A stretch of DNA of 64,000 bases from positions 6,780,153 through 6,844,152 of the forward strand of contig CAJINV010000005.1 of the NCBI GenBank assembly GCA_905178155.1. The letters run 5' to 3'. The translations under genes were made by a program, and so were the position numbers. The notes under the pieces are model-generated. The model had not been told where the DNA came from and made no database searches. It saw only the letters and a list, made by a program, of their open reading frames with translations. Each line of letters starts with the position of its first letter. Within the stretch, counting starts at the first letter, position 1. The stretch comes from Amoebophrya sp. A120. Its lineage: Eukaryota > Protista > Dinoflagellata. Of the stretch, positions 47,608-60,818 are shown one piece after another.

Positions 47608-49895
47608 TATACCTGGACTGAGAACTACTACCCGATCGTCTTTCCTTTTTGGTCAGATGTGGTGCGAATGGACGTATCTTCCTTTTTGGTCAGATGGATT
47701 CTGGCAGCTATGTGGTGCGAATGGACGAGGCGCGGCGGCGCCTCCGCAGGCAAGCGAAAAACAACCCGAAGCTGCTGAAATATTACAACCAGCTTCTGCG
47801 GGAATGCCCGAACAAAGACATCGCCAGGGGACTCGATACGGGTACTCTTTTTTGCATTCCGCTCGTGATTGACGCAAAATTTTGCTATTCCCACTTGATA
47901 AAATTCCAAGAATGAACAGGGGACGTATGCTGTTCATCTGAAAGACCTGAAGCAAACATGACCTGCCCTGTCCGCCCGGTAACAGTCTTCTGCTTCGCAA
48001 TTCCCATGCCGGCAGCAGATAGCACCCGGACCAGCGGTAGGGTGAAGCTGGAGACGGTCGAGTGTGGACAGCCAGGATGTCGATGTCCTCATACCCGCGG
48101 CCGGACTTCCTGTGTGAGGTATAGTAGTGGTAATTTTGGTGTTTAGTTTTTATTAGGTATTCACATGAAGGGCGTTGTATCATTTTGGTCCTTTTTGCCC
48201 GTACCGGCAAACCGTCGCACATTTTACAAAAAAAAGGCCTTGGGATGGTTTTCGCCTTCCATCCTGGGGCGAGGTCAAAGAGCCTATTGTTGGCATTATC
48301 TACAGCATGAAAAGCCGCAGCATGTTGCTGCGCAGCTTGCAGCAGAGGCTCACAAAATGAGCCGGAGCGTCGTAGTACCTGTTCGTGCAGCCATATTGGC
48401 CCCGGTATTTCCCTCGAACTTTGCGCCACTTGCTGGTTTTCTCCTGAATGCGGAACTGCTTCTGAACTCCCCTAAATTTGAAACTCAGGTGTGTGTCCAC
48501 GCTGCCGAACTCGACCGGAGAAGACACTAGCTGGCCGCCAGCCACCTCAACTTTGTCCCGCAGGGCCTGTCGCATACGAAGCTCCACCAGCTGGTTCTTA
48601 TTTGACGCAAATCGGTCCGCCATGCCGCCCAGCGTCATGCTGTTCGAGCTCCACAGCGCGCGAAGTTTTGCGACCGCGGCCTTCGGCCTGAACCACAAGG
48701 AGGGCTGTTGCAAATGGTCCAGGCTCCAGGTATCGAATTTGTGTATTTCAACTATCAGAATTTTGCTTTCTTCACGATGAATTCCAACCAAAGTCGTTCC
48801 ATGGAGGTCTCGCCGGCACTTCTTGAGCTTATGCTTCAGAAAGCCAAGCCACGACTTCTTATTCGCCTCAGAGCACTTCACCTGGATGGGCAAGAATTTC
48901 GACTCTCTTGCCTTCCGCAGGCCCTTTGTAGCTGGTGACCTCGGTTTCGGGCAGATCGCTAGGTCTGCTGAAAGCTCATGCAGTCTCTCAACGTTGAAGT
49001 CCCGTCCCAATATGCCCAAAAGCCGCTGCATGCCGCGCGCTTCCACCTCTCGGGGTGTCGTTCCCATGTTTTTCTCTAAAAGTGTCTAAAGAGTGCTGAG
49101 AATCTAGCTTACAGAGGGCAAGTTTTGTAAGTATATGAGTGGCCTGGTGTGTAGCCGGAGGCTTTGGTTGGTCACGGATAAATCGATGTCTTTTTCCAGT
49201 AGGGGCACTGTATTTTGATTGAGAGTTACTAGAGCCATACAACCAACAGTCACAGGTGCCGCTTGCTGATCTCGTGGCCAATGCCTACACTTCCATCTTC
49301 TTGGCCTAGATTGGACGGATGGTGGGATGGCTGCTCCGGCTTGCGGATGGACGACCATTTTTTCGAGGTGGTGCAACAAGGCATGGTCTACGTCACTTCT
49401 ACCACTTTCTGTTCTCGCGAGTGCTGCAGGAGAGATCTGCTTCCCATCCAGAACAACAGACGCTGGCGGTGCCTCAAGGGCCGGTGATGTTTGTCAGCTC
49501 ATGGTCCACGGAAGCGGACAGACCTTGTAGTTTTCAATTTTCGGAACGACTGATGCTTAACTAGCTAGTTTAGTGTGTGGAGATTGGTAGATCTCGGGGC
49601 GTCTTCGTGTGCCGGTTCCAGGTAAGACGTATGTAGCCATTTTGGTCGAGATGTGGTCGCTCGCGGTAATAGGTTCAGTGCGTACCTTGCTCTGCTTTTG
49701 ATAATTTGAAAATGAGGCACTTCATGATTTGTGATGCAATATCCAAAAGAAAAACACAGCACAGGGCGTCTGCCTCCTTACCATTTTGCTCCTTAAAGAC
49801 CAAATTTTGCTCATTTTCTTATTCTTGAATTTTTCCCCTTAGTATACCTGGACTGAGAACTACTACCCGATCGTCTTTCCTTTTTGGTCAGATGT
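47608..49895. mobile_element. 2.3-kb unit bounded by 53-bp direct repeats, carrying a nuclease-like gene
   Basis: Identical TATACCTGGACTGAGAACTACTACCCGATCGTCTTTCCTTTTTGGTCAGATGT at 47608-47660 and 49843-49895. Confidence 0.55.
47653..49067 (-). pseudogene. Tandem PD-(D/E)XK-like endonuclease domains in two overlapping frames (frameshifted or spliced)
   Basis: ORF 48300-49067 has E..ADL..IQVK and E..VD..RIQEK. ORF 47653-48429 has YEDIDILAV..GCYLLP, a pattern like the PDDEXK_5/I-Ssp6803I homing endonucleases. Confidence 0.55.
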
Positions 49896-50481
49896 TGCAT
49901 CCTTGCACTTGCGCATCCTGCTTCAACGATCATAGTAATAAGATAATCACAAGATCTTCGAGCACATTGCAGAGAGTTGTTTCTCCGTCTTGTTGCAAAG
50001 TACAAGGTAAATAAACCGGCAAGTTCCTAAATCGTAAAACCGAAAACCTTGCGCTCTTTGCCATCGTTGGCCTGACTAAGCCCCGCCGCGGGACGAGTGT
50101 TGTTGCCTCTGAGAAAGAACCGACAATGACCGCGCCATCACTTCTACCATAAACGCAACAGGAGCGAGAAGTATACATTTATCAACTTGTAAGAATTTCA
50201 TCGATTTCGTTTCTGTAGACGTAGGTGAAGTTTTTGTCTTCTAGTTGAAGTAAAGTCGATATACCACGCCAGCCCACGGCCAAGACCGACGACCTATACG
50301 GCTGAGACCTAGTTTGTTATCTTAGAGTAAGCGGTATTAACACAATCACAAACTTTCATTTCATTTGATCGAGGCGCGACCGAGTGCAGACGCAGAGATT
50401 TTCAGGTGGTCCAGAAGTAGCTCGTTGCATTTTTGTTCTAGCCACCGCGAAAAACAAAACAACTAAAAAAAGGTCTAGATC

Positions 50482-53336
50482 ATGAGGCTCGTCAGCCACG
50501 GACTTCGCTTTGCTGCGCATGCCTTTATTGCGTATGACCAAGCGGGACGCTACTTTTCCTCCCAGTCAGCACTACAATTCTCATTCGGTTTCGCCGCTGC
50601 CGCCACTACTCCGGAGCAGCTTCATCCGGCAGTGGGATCATCGCTCGACCAGCCGATAGTACCACGAGGCAGATCGTCATCCTCGAGTCGTGCGCGAAAG
50701 AGAAGAGCGAGAGCTCCGGACGAGCAGGCCGTGACGGCCGCAGAAGATGAAGATATAATTCCACCTGGCAGCTGTGCTACTAGCAGCTCCGATGGAGAGG
50801 ATGCCTCTGGACGCGGTCCTCTTCTGTTTCGGAAGATAAAAAAGGCGTGGCAAGCGGGCGGGCCCTGTAAGAAACGCCATCGCACGGGACGATCCCCTTC
50901 CACCTCAACACGAGTTGCGAAAAGAAGCAAATCATCTCGTCGCGGGCGCAGCAAGAAGGAGGGAGAGAACAAACGAAAGGCGAGCGAAATGTACGATGGG
51001 AATCAAAGCGACCAGTTTATTACAACGGCGCCGCAGGGGGCTCATGGCTCTAGTACGAGTTCTGGTCGTTCTGGTTCTCTGATCCGCGGCCCGGAAGGAC
51101 CTCAACAGGATGTTGTTACTGAAGATGTTGGTGCAGGTGTGCTTTCCAATGAAATAGGGCAAGAGCAGCAAGCTGTTCATCGTACAGAACCGCCTGCAGC
51201 TAGGGCGGAAATGCAAACCCAAACCGATCTCCTGGACCCTCTGACAGCTGATACGCCAGTGCAAACGGAAACCGACGATCTTCCTCCTGTGCCGCTGACC
51301 GATAATACGGCAGTGCAAACTGACGATGTGCCACTTCAAGAGCCGCCGACTGTCGCCGACGCTGAAGTGCAAACCGATGTTGCGGAGCCTGGAGTTGATG
51401 TGCGCGGCCCAGAAGACGTGTTTGATCATCGTGTTGTGGACGCAGCAGGAGCTCCCGCGATGATAGCTGCAGCAGCTGCGCCCCCCGGCGCTGCTGTCGC
51501 TGGTGACCCGGCCGCAGCCGTGGTTAACGTACCACAACAAGCTGCCTTGGAGCGGCCGATTGGCGCGCAGGCTGTGCCAGCGCCAAAGCCAGTTGCTCGC
51601 CCCCTGCTGTCCGAGCCGGTTTTGCAGCACATTCAGGGTTACTTGGGATCGCCGACCCTGCGGGACCTCGCAGCCTGGGGCGCCGTCAGCAGCAGAGCCG
51701 GCCCGTTTGGCCGGCAGAGGACCTTCGCGTCGCCCCTGGTCTCGCGAGAGGAAATGGAATTTTTGCGAAAATACGCTTTCGCAAACCACGTGTTAGAGGT
51801 GATTGACAACCCGGAGCGCGTGTTGTTCGGGGACAGGCTACTTTCACAGTTGCGAGCGGAGGGCAAGGTGCCGAGCGTAGCCGTGTTGGCGGACGACGCG
51901 CATTCGAAATACCACAGGGAGCGTAATGACCCTCGTGGTCCGCTTCAACTGGAGGAGGACAGTAGCGGAGATCCTTGGGACAGCGATTGGACCGGCGACG
52001 AACTTGAGCTGGATGTTAGCAAAACGACTACAGGTCGGCGCCCCCGCCAGCGTAATTATATTCCGGCGCAACACGACGTCGCGCTCGTCGATTCTGTGGA
52101 GCAGGCCCACGATGTGCCGCGCATGCGGGTGCAGAAGACAACTGAGAAGTACTATACTGGTTTTGGTGCAGCCGCCCTTGGCCTTGCCGCGCCTACGACT
52201 GCGACCTCTTTCCTTCGGCTCCAGTTGCAGCTGCAGTACCTCTTCGAGAAGTTAGACCGGAGCGAATGGAAAGTGCGGTCGTTTGTGGTCCCGCTCAACA
52301 GGTTGTATTGGGAGAAACGCTATGCATTGCAGATATGTCCGGGTCTGGAGACATGCAAACTTGTGATGCGCATTTCAGATCACGCGAAAATTTGTCATGC
52401 ATACACTTCTGCAAAGGCCTCTCGCTCTCGTTTCTTGTCACCGAAAGAGGACATTTGTCATGCGGATTAGGCATTGCCAGGCCCAGGCCTTGTAAAAACC
52501 CGTGATGCAGCTAGGGCCGGCATGCCAGACCTTGAGGGTCAAGCAAAAACAGCACGACGAACATCTGTTCTCAATTATATCCAGACCCAGACATATTTGC
52601 ATTTGATAAACGCCGTGAGAAGTATCCATTTCGACGAGCCGATGAGGCGTCACAGCGCTTCTCGACATACCAGGAACACGGCAGCTCGGCTACGGAGCCC
52701 CAGCGGAAAAGAAATCGGCAATACGACCTGCAAAAGACCCACTACGCGTACCAGCTGGCGTCCGGAGTTGGTGCTTGGAAGCTACGCTACTGCAGCCTGG
52801 CGAGCTGCGCCTGTGGGGTGGGGTTAGACGAGCTGAAGCTCAGTTCCAGAGATCGCGTTTTTCGGATGGTTGAAAGAGCGACGAGGAGAGCTCAGTCAGA
52901 GGAAAACATCGACGAGGGTCGAGGGCAGCGATCCTTGAAGATTCTCCGCTCGAATTGCGGACGGAAAAAATTCATAGAATTGACCGACGTCCACTACATT
53001 AAAAATAGACTCAATCTAGAGTCGGCCGAGAGCCTGAACCGCACCAATCGCGCAGTTTCGAAACCCCGGGGGCTGTTCCTCGAGGAAGGGGTTGCCTTTT
53101 CTTGGACGTACTTTCTTGAGGATCTAGAGGGCCGGGGAAACCCGAGGCCTTTGCGGCTGGTCCGTATGGTTTTTCAAGCCATGGCGCGCCCGGAAGACGA
53201 CGAGGACCGACGACAACACGGACCCCTCCTCGAAGCTTCCAATGCAATTGCAGAGGGGAAGCTGCGGAAGGAAGGTGGCGGAGTTGATGGGCACCTTTTT
53301 CAAGTTGTCATAGGCCGAACCAACACGCCGCACTAG
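50482..53336 (+). CDS. Hypothetical, possibly secreted protein; distant family member with tandem (V/T)QT motifs (1 IE)
   Basis: A 662-aa ORF joins ORF 52818-53336 after removal of IE 52321-52608 (WEKR-REKYPF). Confidence 0.7.
52321..52608. mobile_element. Introner element, family A
   Basis: Family A TIRs; DR aacgc. Confidence 0.92.
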
Positions 53337-54843
53337 ACAGTGCAACCGTGGTGGCGCTGCCGGGGACAGATCTCCCTCGTTGCTGTCACTATACATAATC
53401 TCGCAGCGGGGGCGCGCTCATTTTTCAACATATGATTTTGATATTGATCTAAGTATTTATCTTTAGCATTGGCTTTGCCACCCAGTGGAGGTAAAAGATT
53501 CAGTTTGTAGAATTAGAGCTCGAACCAGAACTTATGGCACACTGGCACTCACATAAAAGGTGAAAAGTTCACGTGGATCATGATTTATGTGATATCGAGA
53601 GGTTCTACTTTCGCATTTCATTTGGAGACCCCCAGTGTTTGGAGACCTCCAGCAGGGTATTGTAGGATTGTAGCGGTCAATGTCAATCTTCGTGTAGGTA
53701 TAAAAAAGTGTAAAATAAGTAGCATCAGATTCAGACATTGAAGGACTAGTTTATGTTTAACTGCTTTCATGCCAAAACCGATTTTGTTTCTGTTTCATAT
53801 TCCTCTACTTCGGAGGCAATACAAACTAACACATTGCTAATGCCGAGTTTCTTTACGCATACGCACGGTTTGCGGGTGTGCCCTGCTCGGCGTTTCTGTT
53901 TCTCTAGCGCGAAACCGCATCATTTCGTCGCAGATTGATTTCATGTCGCAAAAGATCCATGTGAATGTGAAGACGGAGAAACAAGGTGGATAATCGTGTA
54001 ACATACCCGCTCGGAAAAGGCGTATTGCGCGTTCCAAGGGAATATTGAGACTCAAAGACACTGACAATTTTCCTGTTCATTCATGAAGGATGAAGAAAAA
54101 TTCGATCACCAGATCAGAAACACAGATACGTGGTCCATGATCAATGAATCTTCCTGAAGTAGATCAAGACGCTTGGCCCGAATAATCTTCTGAGGTTGTG
54201 TATCTCTTTCCACCTATAAGCATACTTTTTGAACAGGATCCAGCTTCACCCAGAGGATCTTTTTGCAGAAATAAAGATCTGGAAGTGGAAGAGAAATTTG
54301 AAGCCGATCTCAGGGAAGATCGAGATGAAGTAAATCGACGAAATTCGAACGGTCGTCGAAATGTTGAGTACTAAAAGCCGTGCTGCCATAGGGAGTGGTT
54401 TCTCTAAGCAGTTTGTGGCTCGATCGTGTGCATTTCATCATTCCTCGTCTGTGAATACAAGTGAGTAGAATAAAAAACACCGATCGGTTGCTTGTTCAAT
54501 GTACTCAAGTTGACGCAGGAGCTTTTATTTCGGGTAAAAACTACAGGAAGCACTTGATTTCTGTCTCCACATCGAATCTTTCCACGCCGTCGTGGAAGAC
54601 GAAAAATCATTTCAACTGCATCTAGTGTGGCTTATTTCAATCGTAACTGTTCTTTTCATATTCATTGTTTGAGCATTGATTCCCACGTGAACCAACTTGG
54701 TAAAGATTTGCGGCACTTGAACGTTTTATCTCTTGCTTTTTCAAAAAACATACTCGCCTTACTTGTTCTAGTAACTTTCAACTTCAACTATACAGAAAAG
54801 TTCGCCACTGTGGTTAACATCTTTGCAGCTGTGTACAAAAAGC

Positions 54844-57800
54844 ATGAAGCAACAACAGCAGCGAACCTCGCTCCGGGCCGCTGCTGGTCCTCGGTTTCGG
54901 CTGCCTCTACTGGTTAATATCCTACCGTTGCAACCGCTTTTATTTAACAGCTTGTTGCTTCTAGGATCGTCATGCGTTGTACAGTTTTTTCTACCCAGCG
55001 CCGTGGAGGTTTCCGCATCCCATGTTCGGCGTCGTTCTCGAGAGGCCGATTATAGTCTTTCTGAAACATCAGAAGAAGACTCTGAGCAAGAAGAAGACTA
55101 CTCCTCTTCCGGCTCGGAAGACGACGGGGAGTACTATCGTCAGGTGGTCCGCGCAATTTCTTCCAGGGACATCGGTAGACAACCACTATCCCTCGTTCTC
55201 ACGCGGAGGAATTTGCAGCCAGGGGTAGTTCTTCCGGGGGCACAGCAGCTCGCCCCAAGTCCACCGTCTTCTTCTTCTTCTAGCGGTTTGGTCAGCAGCG
55301 TGCCTGAGGACCACTACTACAGCGACGGGAGCGGTCCAGTCCGTAGCGTGCCCGAGGACCACTACAGCGAGGGCGGGGAGCAACGTAGTACTGATAGGAG
55401 CGAAAGCGAATTGTATACTGGTTCTACTTCGAGCGAAGAAGGTCGGAGTCGGAGTCGCAGTAAGTCGTTTTCATCCACTACTAGTCGGGATAGAAGCCAT
55501 CGTCGGGGACGAGGTCGGAGTGGAAGTGGTAGTCGAGCCTCAAGTCGTAGAGCCCGTAGCGCTTCGTCTGGTCGTCGTTATACGAGCCGACAGCGTGGGG
55601 ATGAAATAAGAAAATCGAAATCCGCACCTCGTACTACTAGTACCCCCGCCGCGCCAGCCATGATCGTCTCCGCTCCTGGGACGATGATTCTCCAGGGAAC
55701 TACACAGGATCAGTATCAACAACCGCACACTGGACCAGGGCACCAGGTCTTGGGTTTCCCGGATAATTTGAATTTTTTCCCGGTGCAAGTTTCCAAGTTC
55801 CTCACCAAAAACGAGAATAAAGAGTTCTGCAACGGTTTGAACGGAGTCGACGGGGGTGCCTTTTTGCAGCGTAAGCTGTCGCACGAACAGGAAATTGAAG
55901 TGAACTATGGGCTGGTCCGGCATTTGGTACAAATCCAGCACGACCCGTTTGGCGCGTTGCTCGGAGCCCATCGGGCGGAAGAGTTCCTTCGGAACGAGGA
56001 AAAAGCGATTGCCAATAATTACTACAATGCTCAGGCTGCGCACCTGTTTCGCTTTCTGCGCGACCGAGATTTGGTGAGAGGACAGGGGAACCCTCGTCAA
56101 AGCGGGGGGCACAGAAATACTGCGAGGAAGAAGATCATGAAGAGGATTCGGGCAAGATACACGTCACTTTTGGAGAATGTCCGGAACCAGTGGGAGTGGC
56201 GTCTGCTGGAGTCCAGCAAGAACAACAACTCCCGTCGCTCTACCAGGGTGGAATTGTTGCAGCGCTTCCGGTCCCGGGAGCGAAATTTGCAACACCGGCA
56301 TGCTCGGTGTTTGCACAAGGATAACCCGGGTGGGCGAACAAAATACTCGAGCTGGTGGTTTCAGTCCCAAAAATTTTCACATGCGCGAACTGTACAAGAA
56401 CTGATCATGTCAGAAGTTGCGAATCCGGCGGATGAAGGGGATAGAATCAGGTTCAAAGAAGATAACATGCTGTGGCTACCGGCTTTTCTTTTGCCGCGGA
56501 TCAGCCATGCGGCGTGGACCGACATGCTGTTACCAGGACCACGACAGGAAGATGCGGCGAGGTGGTCTCCTACTCTTGGTACTACTAGTACTACACCGCT
56601 AGGTGAAGACCACTTCTATCAGGGAACTACAAAAACGTCTGAGTACGACGCTTTTTGCGCCCAACTGTTTGACGCATTCTCGGCGCACAAGCAACACGAC
56701 GAGGAACAAGAAAAGCTCCTGGCCGACGCCTTTGCGTCTTCGCTGACGTTATCACCAGCATCATATCCTGCGTGGTCATCTGCACATCAGGAAATAAGAA
56801 CACCGCAAAGCTCTTCCACGTGGAGGTCCGGCTTTGTTGGTACTGGCGCAGCTGCCAGCTCGACTGCAGGAGCGGGCCCAAGGAACAATAATTCCACTGC
56901 TCCACAACATGCCGGAGTACAACATAACCTTAACCCGCAAGAACATCAAGAAGTGGAACAAGTTCTTCCGACGGTGCTGCAATTTTGCAGGAGCAAGAAC
57001 AAGTTCACAACCAGGACTACACCCCGGCAGCAGCAAGATGACAAACTCGCACTGGTCGAGAACAAGGCAAAAAAACACCTGGCAAAGCGTTTGAGACACT
57101 ATAACTCGCCGATGGATCCCCAACTGCTTTGGGTACATCTGAAAGACGAATACAAATTCCAGCTTGCCGCGCTGTATGACTCCCAGCCGGTGGTGCTGCA
57201 GGATTTTTTCTTCACGGCCCTAACGTCGTTGAAGGTTGCTGCGGCCCCAGGCGGTCCTGATGATCGTCCTGATTTAAGTTCTTTTCATTTCCTCGAACAG
57301 ATTCGAGAATTACTTTCGCTGGAGGACTATGGATTGTAAAAATGTCTGGGTCTGGAAGAATTCATGTTTGTCATGCTTGTCTGGCCCGACTCTTAAATCT
57401 GTCACGCACGTTACCCAAGAGCTTCGTTTTTCTGTGATGCAGAAGCGCAGTCTGTCATGCAGAATAGGCAACACCTAGGAGCTCAGAAACTTGCCATGCT
57501 GAGCCAGCATTTGTAGCCTCATCATGAGACGCCACCCAGCATCACAAGTCCCTAGACCCAGACATTTTTACATTTGATAAGGACGAGAATAGTTGGACAG
57601 TGCAGGCTCAGATTTTCGACGTGGACTATTCGAGTGAAGAACCTATTGCCGAGCAAACAATTGAGCTTCAAGATGTAGTTGTACGAGAGGACTTGTTCTC
57701 AATCCAGCAGGACCACGAGCAGAAGTTCATGCCAGGAAGAGCCAAGAAGAGCATGCCACTGAAAAAGCTAAATGAATCAAAATCTCGCGACGCTCTCTTA

Positions 57801-59079
57801 CTCCTGTTGCAGAGCCATGTTGCTTCCTCGACGTTTTTTCCAAACGGTGATGAGTGGGCTGTGCGGCACGGGGAGAACTCAGACAAAATCTTCGTCGTGG
57901 GTGAGTTTGACAGTGAATTGACCATTGACCAGGAAGTTTCGCCGGCCCCACCACGGTATCAATTGTAAAAATGTCTGGGTCTGGAGGCTTGCAACCTGTG
58001 ATGCGCATTTCAGACCACAGGAAAATCTCTCATGCATGGAAAGCAAAAGTTGCCCATATCTTGTAACCAAAACAGCCGATCTGTCATGCGGATCAGGCAT
58101 TGAGAAGCTGTCGTAAGATTTGTGATGCTAGACCCGTATTCTAGACCAACCTTCTGGGGCAACCAGAACCTGCATGACAAACTTCTGCACTCTACTTCCA
58201 GACCCAGACATATTTGCATTTGATACACGGGTTCTGAGAAGGGGGGAATCAAGAGGACGAACAATACGGCGGAACTTTCAGGTATGGCGTTCTCAAACGT
58301 TACATTCTCAACTGTTACATGATTTGTCATGCAAAATGATCATCAAGATCCACACTATCAAGCTGCTTCGCATGACAAATTTGCGAATGGCTAAACAGCG
58401 CCCAAATCTGTTCGGAATTTGTAATGCTACAGATGCAACCTCCCTCCTTTCACTTTTCCCATTCTTGCATGACAAATCCATGTAACACTTGAGAATGTAA
58501 CAGTTGAGAACGCCATATCAGGTTGGCTACGAGTTCCGGGTTGAGGAGTACGTACCGCTTCCAGGGTCGTTTTTCGATAAACCAGAACGGGAAGAGGATT
58601 TTTATCATGGTGAAACACGAAGAACGGTACCACTAAAGGGACCACCACCACCATCATCACTACCAGCATCATCTTCCCGACAACATCAAGAACCGGCAAT
58701 ATTAAGCAATCGACTTCGTTTCGAGAACCGCTTGAAAAAGGAGGAGGCCGCGGCCCAAAGCATCGCCAATCGGACCAAGTTCGCGGCAATGCACTTCACA
58801 CTGACGCTGGTCGACTGGAAGGACCTTGCGAACGCGGGGTTCGACATTCGGTCCTGGACAAACGCAGATTTCGATTTTGACCGTCGTCGTCGTGGAGGTC
58901 ATAGTTCCAACGCGAGGTGGGACGATGAAACAGGTGGCGTTCATCGTGGTAAAAAAATTTTCGACGGCTGGACCGTGATCGGAAGTGACGAATACGACTA
59001 TGATCAGCGTAGAAGGAATTTACCGCACGGGCCGAGGTTGTATTTCCGTCTCGTCTTCAAACCGCCGGCCGGCAACTAG
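54844..59079 (+). CDS. Putative secreted protein, family member 2 (3 IEs)
   Basis: ATG at 54844, hydrophobic N-terminus and an RS-rich region. The frame is restored across 3 IEs to TAG at 59077-59079. Homologous to 42155-47260. Confidence 0.72.
57328..57579. mobile_element. Introner element, family A
   Basis: Family A TIRs; DR aggac. Confidence 0.92.
57957..58225. mobile_element. Introner element, family A
   Basis: Family A TIRs; DR cacgg; interior similar to 52321-52608. Confidence 0.92.
58283..58517. mobile_element. Introner element, family F
   Basis: TATGGCGTTCTCAAACGTTACATTCTCAA / TTGAGAATGTAACAGTTGAGAACGCCATA; DR tcagg. Confidence 0.92.
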
Positions 59080-60818
59080 TCGAGCCTCGTTCATAATATT
59101 AGCACCTGGGAAGATCGCAGGAGCAAATTTTTTGAAGGACGGTGATCTAGCGAAAGTGATTAGCAGATAGTATCGTGTTCAGAACTTGAATTTTTACAGA
59201 AGAAAAAGCAAGAACTCACTCCTTGTTGTATTATCTATCATGTTTTGCAGAAAGAACTCACTCGGCGCACGAGCGCCAGCTTGTACAAGTAGCTCTTTCT
59301 GCTTCCTGCGGAGATCTTAGGAAGTCCTGCAGAGATGTAGTTTTTTTCAATTTACCATATTTTTAACTCTTCTTTTGAACAACTACTATCTTCATCTTGC
59401 CGCCGAGCGGCATTCGCTTTCACGATTATGCTATGGCCCTGACGGAAAGGACTATCAGAGGGAAGTGTGCTGCTGCAGAACATGCCCGGAGAGGGGCTTC
59501 ATCGTGTGCACAGCGTGCAGTAGGCTCGTAGAACTCATTTATAATGAAATAGCACTAAAGCAGGTAATATGCAAGAAGTACTTCATTTTTGGATCGAAAA
59601 GATTCCTCTAAAGCCAGCCCTTAGAGAGACTTGACTGAAAATTATTCAAGAAACAAGGACATTCGAACTAAAAAGATCTAGTCTGACATGCGAAATATCA
59701 TGTACAATGAACGCCTTTTTTTTTGTATGATGAAAGAAAGTCTGCCGCGTTTTTTTCGTTTTCGGCAAGACCGATGCACGTAGTACTACGTACCTCAAAG
59801 AAGCGCAGCTGACAATCTAGGTGAAGCAAGAGCTGCAGAAGCAAAAAAAAATGTCATAACAGACCGTGATATTCACGAAAGAGTTATTCTCGTCTATACC
59901 GTCATTCTCATTCATTAAATTTCAAGTAATCTTCACGGAGGTTCGCGTTTACCTCGTGAACAACGGATGACGAAAGAGATTGTTGACGAACTGCAATTTT
60001 TGCATTCAGTCAAGAACCATTAAGCAATGGCTGTACAATGCTATCGTGGTGTGCAATACAAGAAATCGCTCGTAAGTCTTGAAGTTGTCAAGAATTATCG
60101 TGGGAAATGCCTGTCGTATACAAGAACGACGTCCGTGATTTATGCTGAGATTTTTAGGATCCTAGGCTGTCTTGTTTTCCATGTGGTCGTGGCGGTCGTG
60201 ACTCTGACTACTGTACATCCATTCCAATGCGGAAGCTGCTCGTCCCGTCTGTCGGTCCCAAGTCAATTTCATCGTAGGTCCTCTCGTAGGTGTGATCTGG
60301 TATTGTCTGCTCCACCGTCGTCAAAACTTTCCTTGTCGTGCTGGTCCAGTAGTACAATCTTTTCCATAAATCGTGGCTCCGTAGTACGTATCTATAGATA
60401 CCGGTTTTCAAGAACACTTTGGTGAAAGCGAAAAAAGTGGAAGCATGTCATCTTCTCTATCTTCGTGGAATCTATTTCGTTTTCGTGAAGTAACATTGGT
60501 GCGGCCAGTCGTTTTACTTAATCCGCGGCACTACATCAACTACAACAACTCGTAGGCTTCAATTGTTGTATCTGCCTTTGCTATAAATCTAAATGAGTCG
60601 TGCTGTAAGAACTGAAAACATCTTAAGCAGGTTTTTTTTTCGAATGGGGACGAACAGGGTAGTTGTGCGCAGTTTTTTTCTTTTGTAATCTAGGAAACAC
60701 TTTTTCAAACCAGAAATCAAATCCGACGTGTCGCGTTGTACCGCCCAACTTCGTCAGCACAACACTGCCATCATCTACTTTCGAATCTTCAGAGAGTCCC
60801 TGCTGACACAGAAACAAG

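Noticed and set aside
47608-47620. ATACCTGG as a U1 snRNA 5' end
   Set aside because: It lacks the ACTTACCTG sequence and the downstream U1 stem-loops and Sm site.
49633-49650. GTAGCCATTTTGGTCGAG, resembling the dinoflagellate spliced leader (CCGTAGCCATTTTGGCTCAAG)
   Set aside because: Only a 13-nt exact core. It is on the opposite strand to the neighbouring nuclease ORF and has no following GT donor or Sm site. It could be a relic, but I cannot support that.
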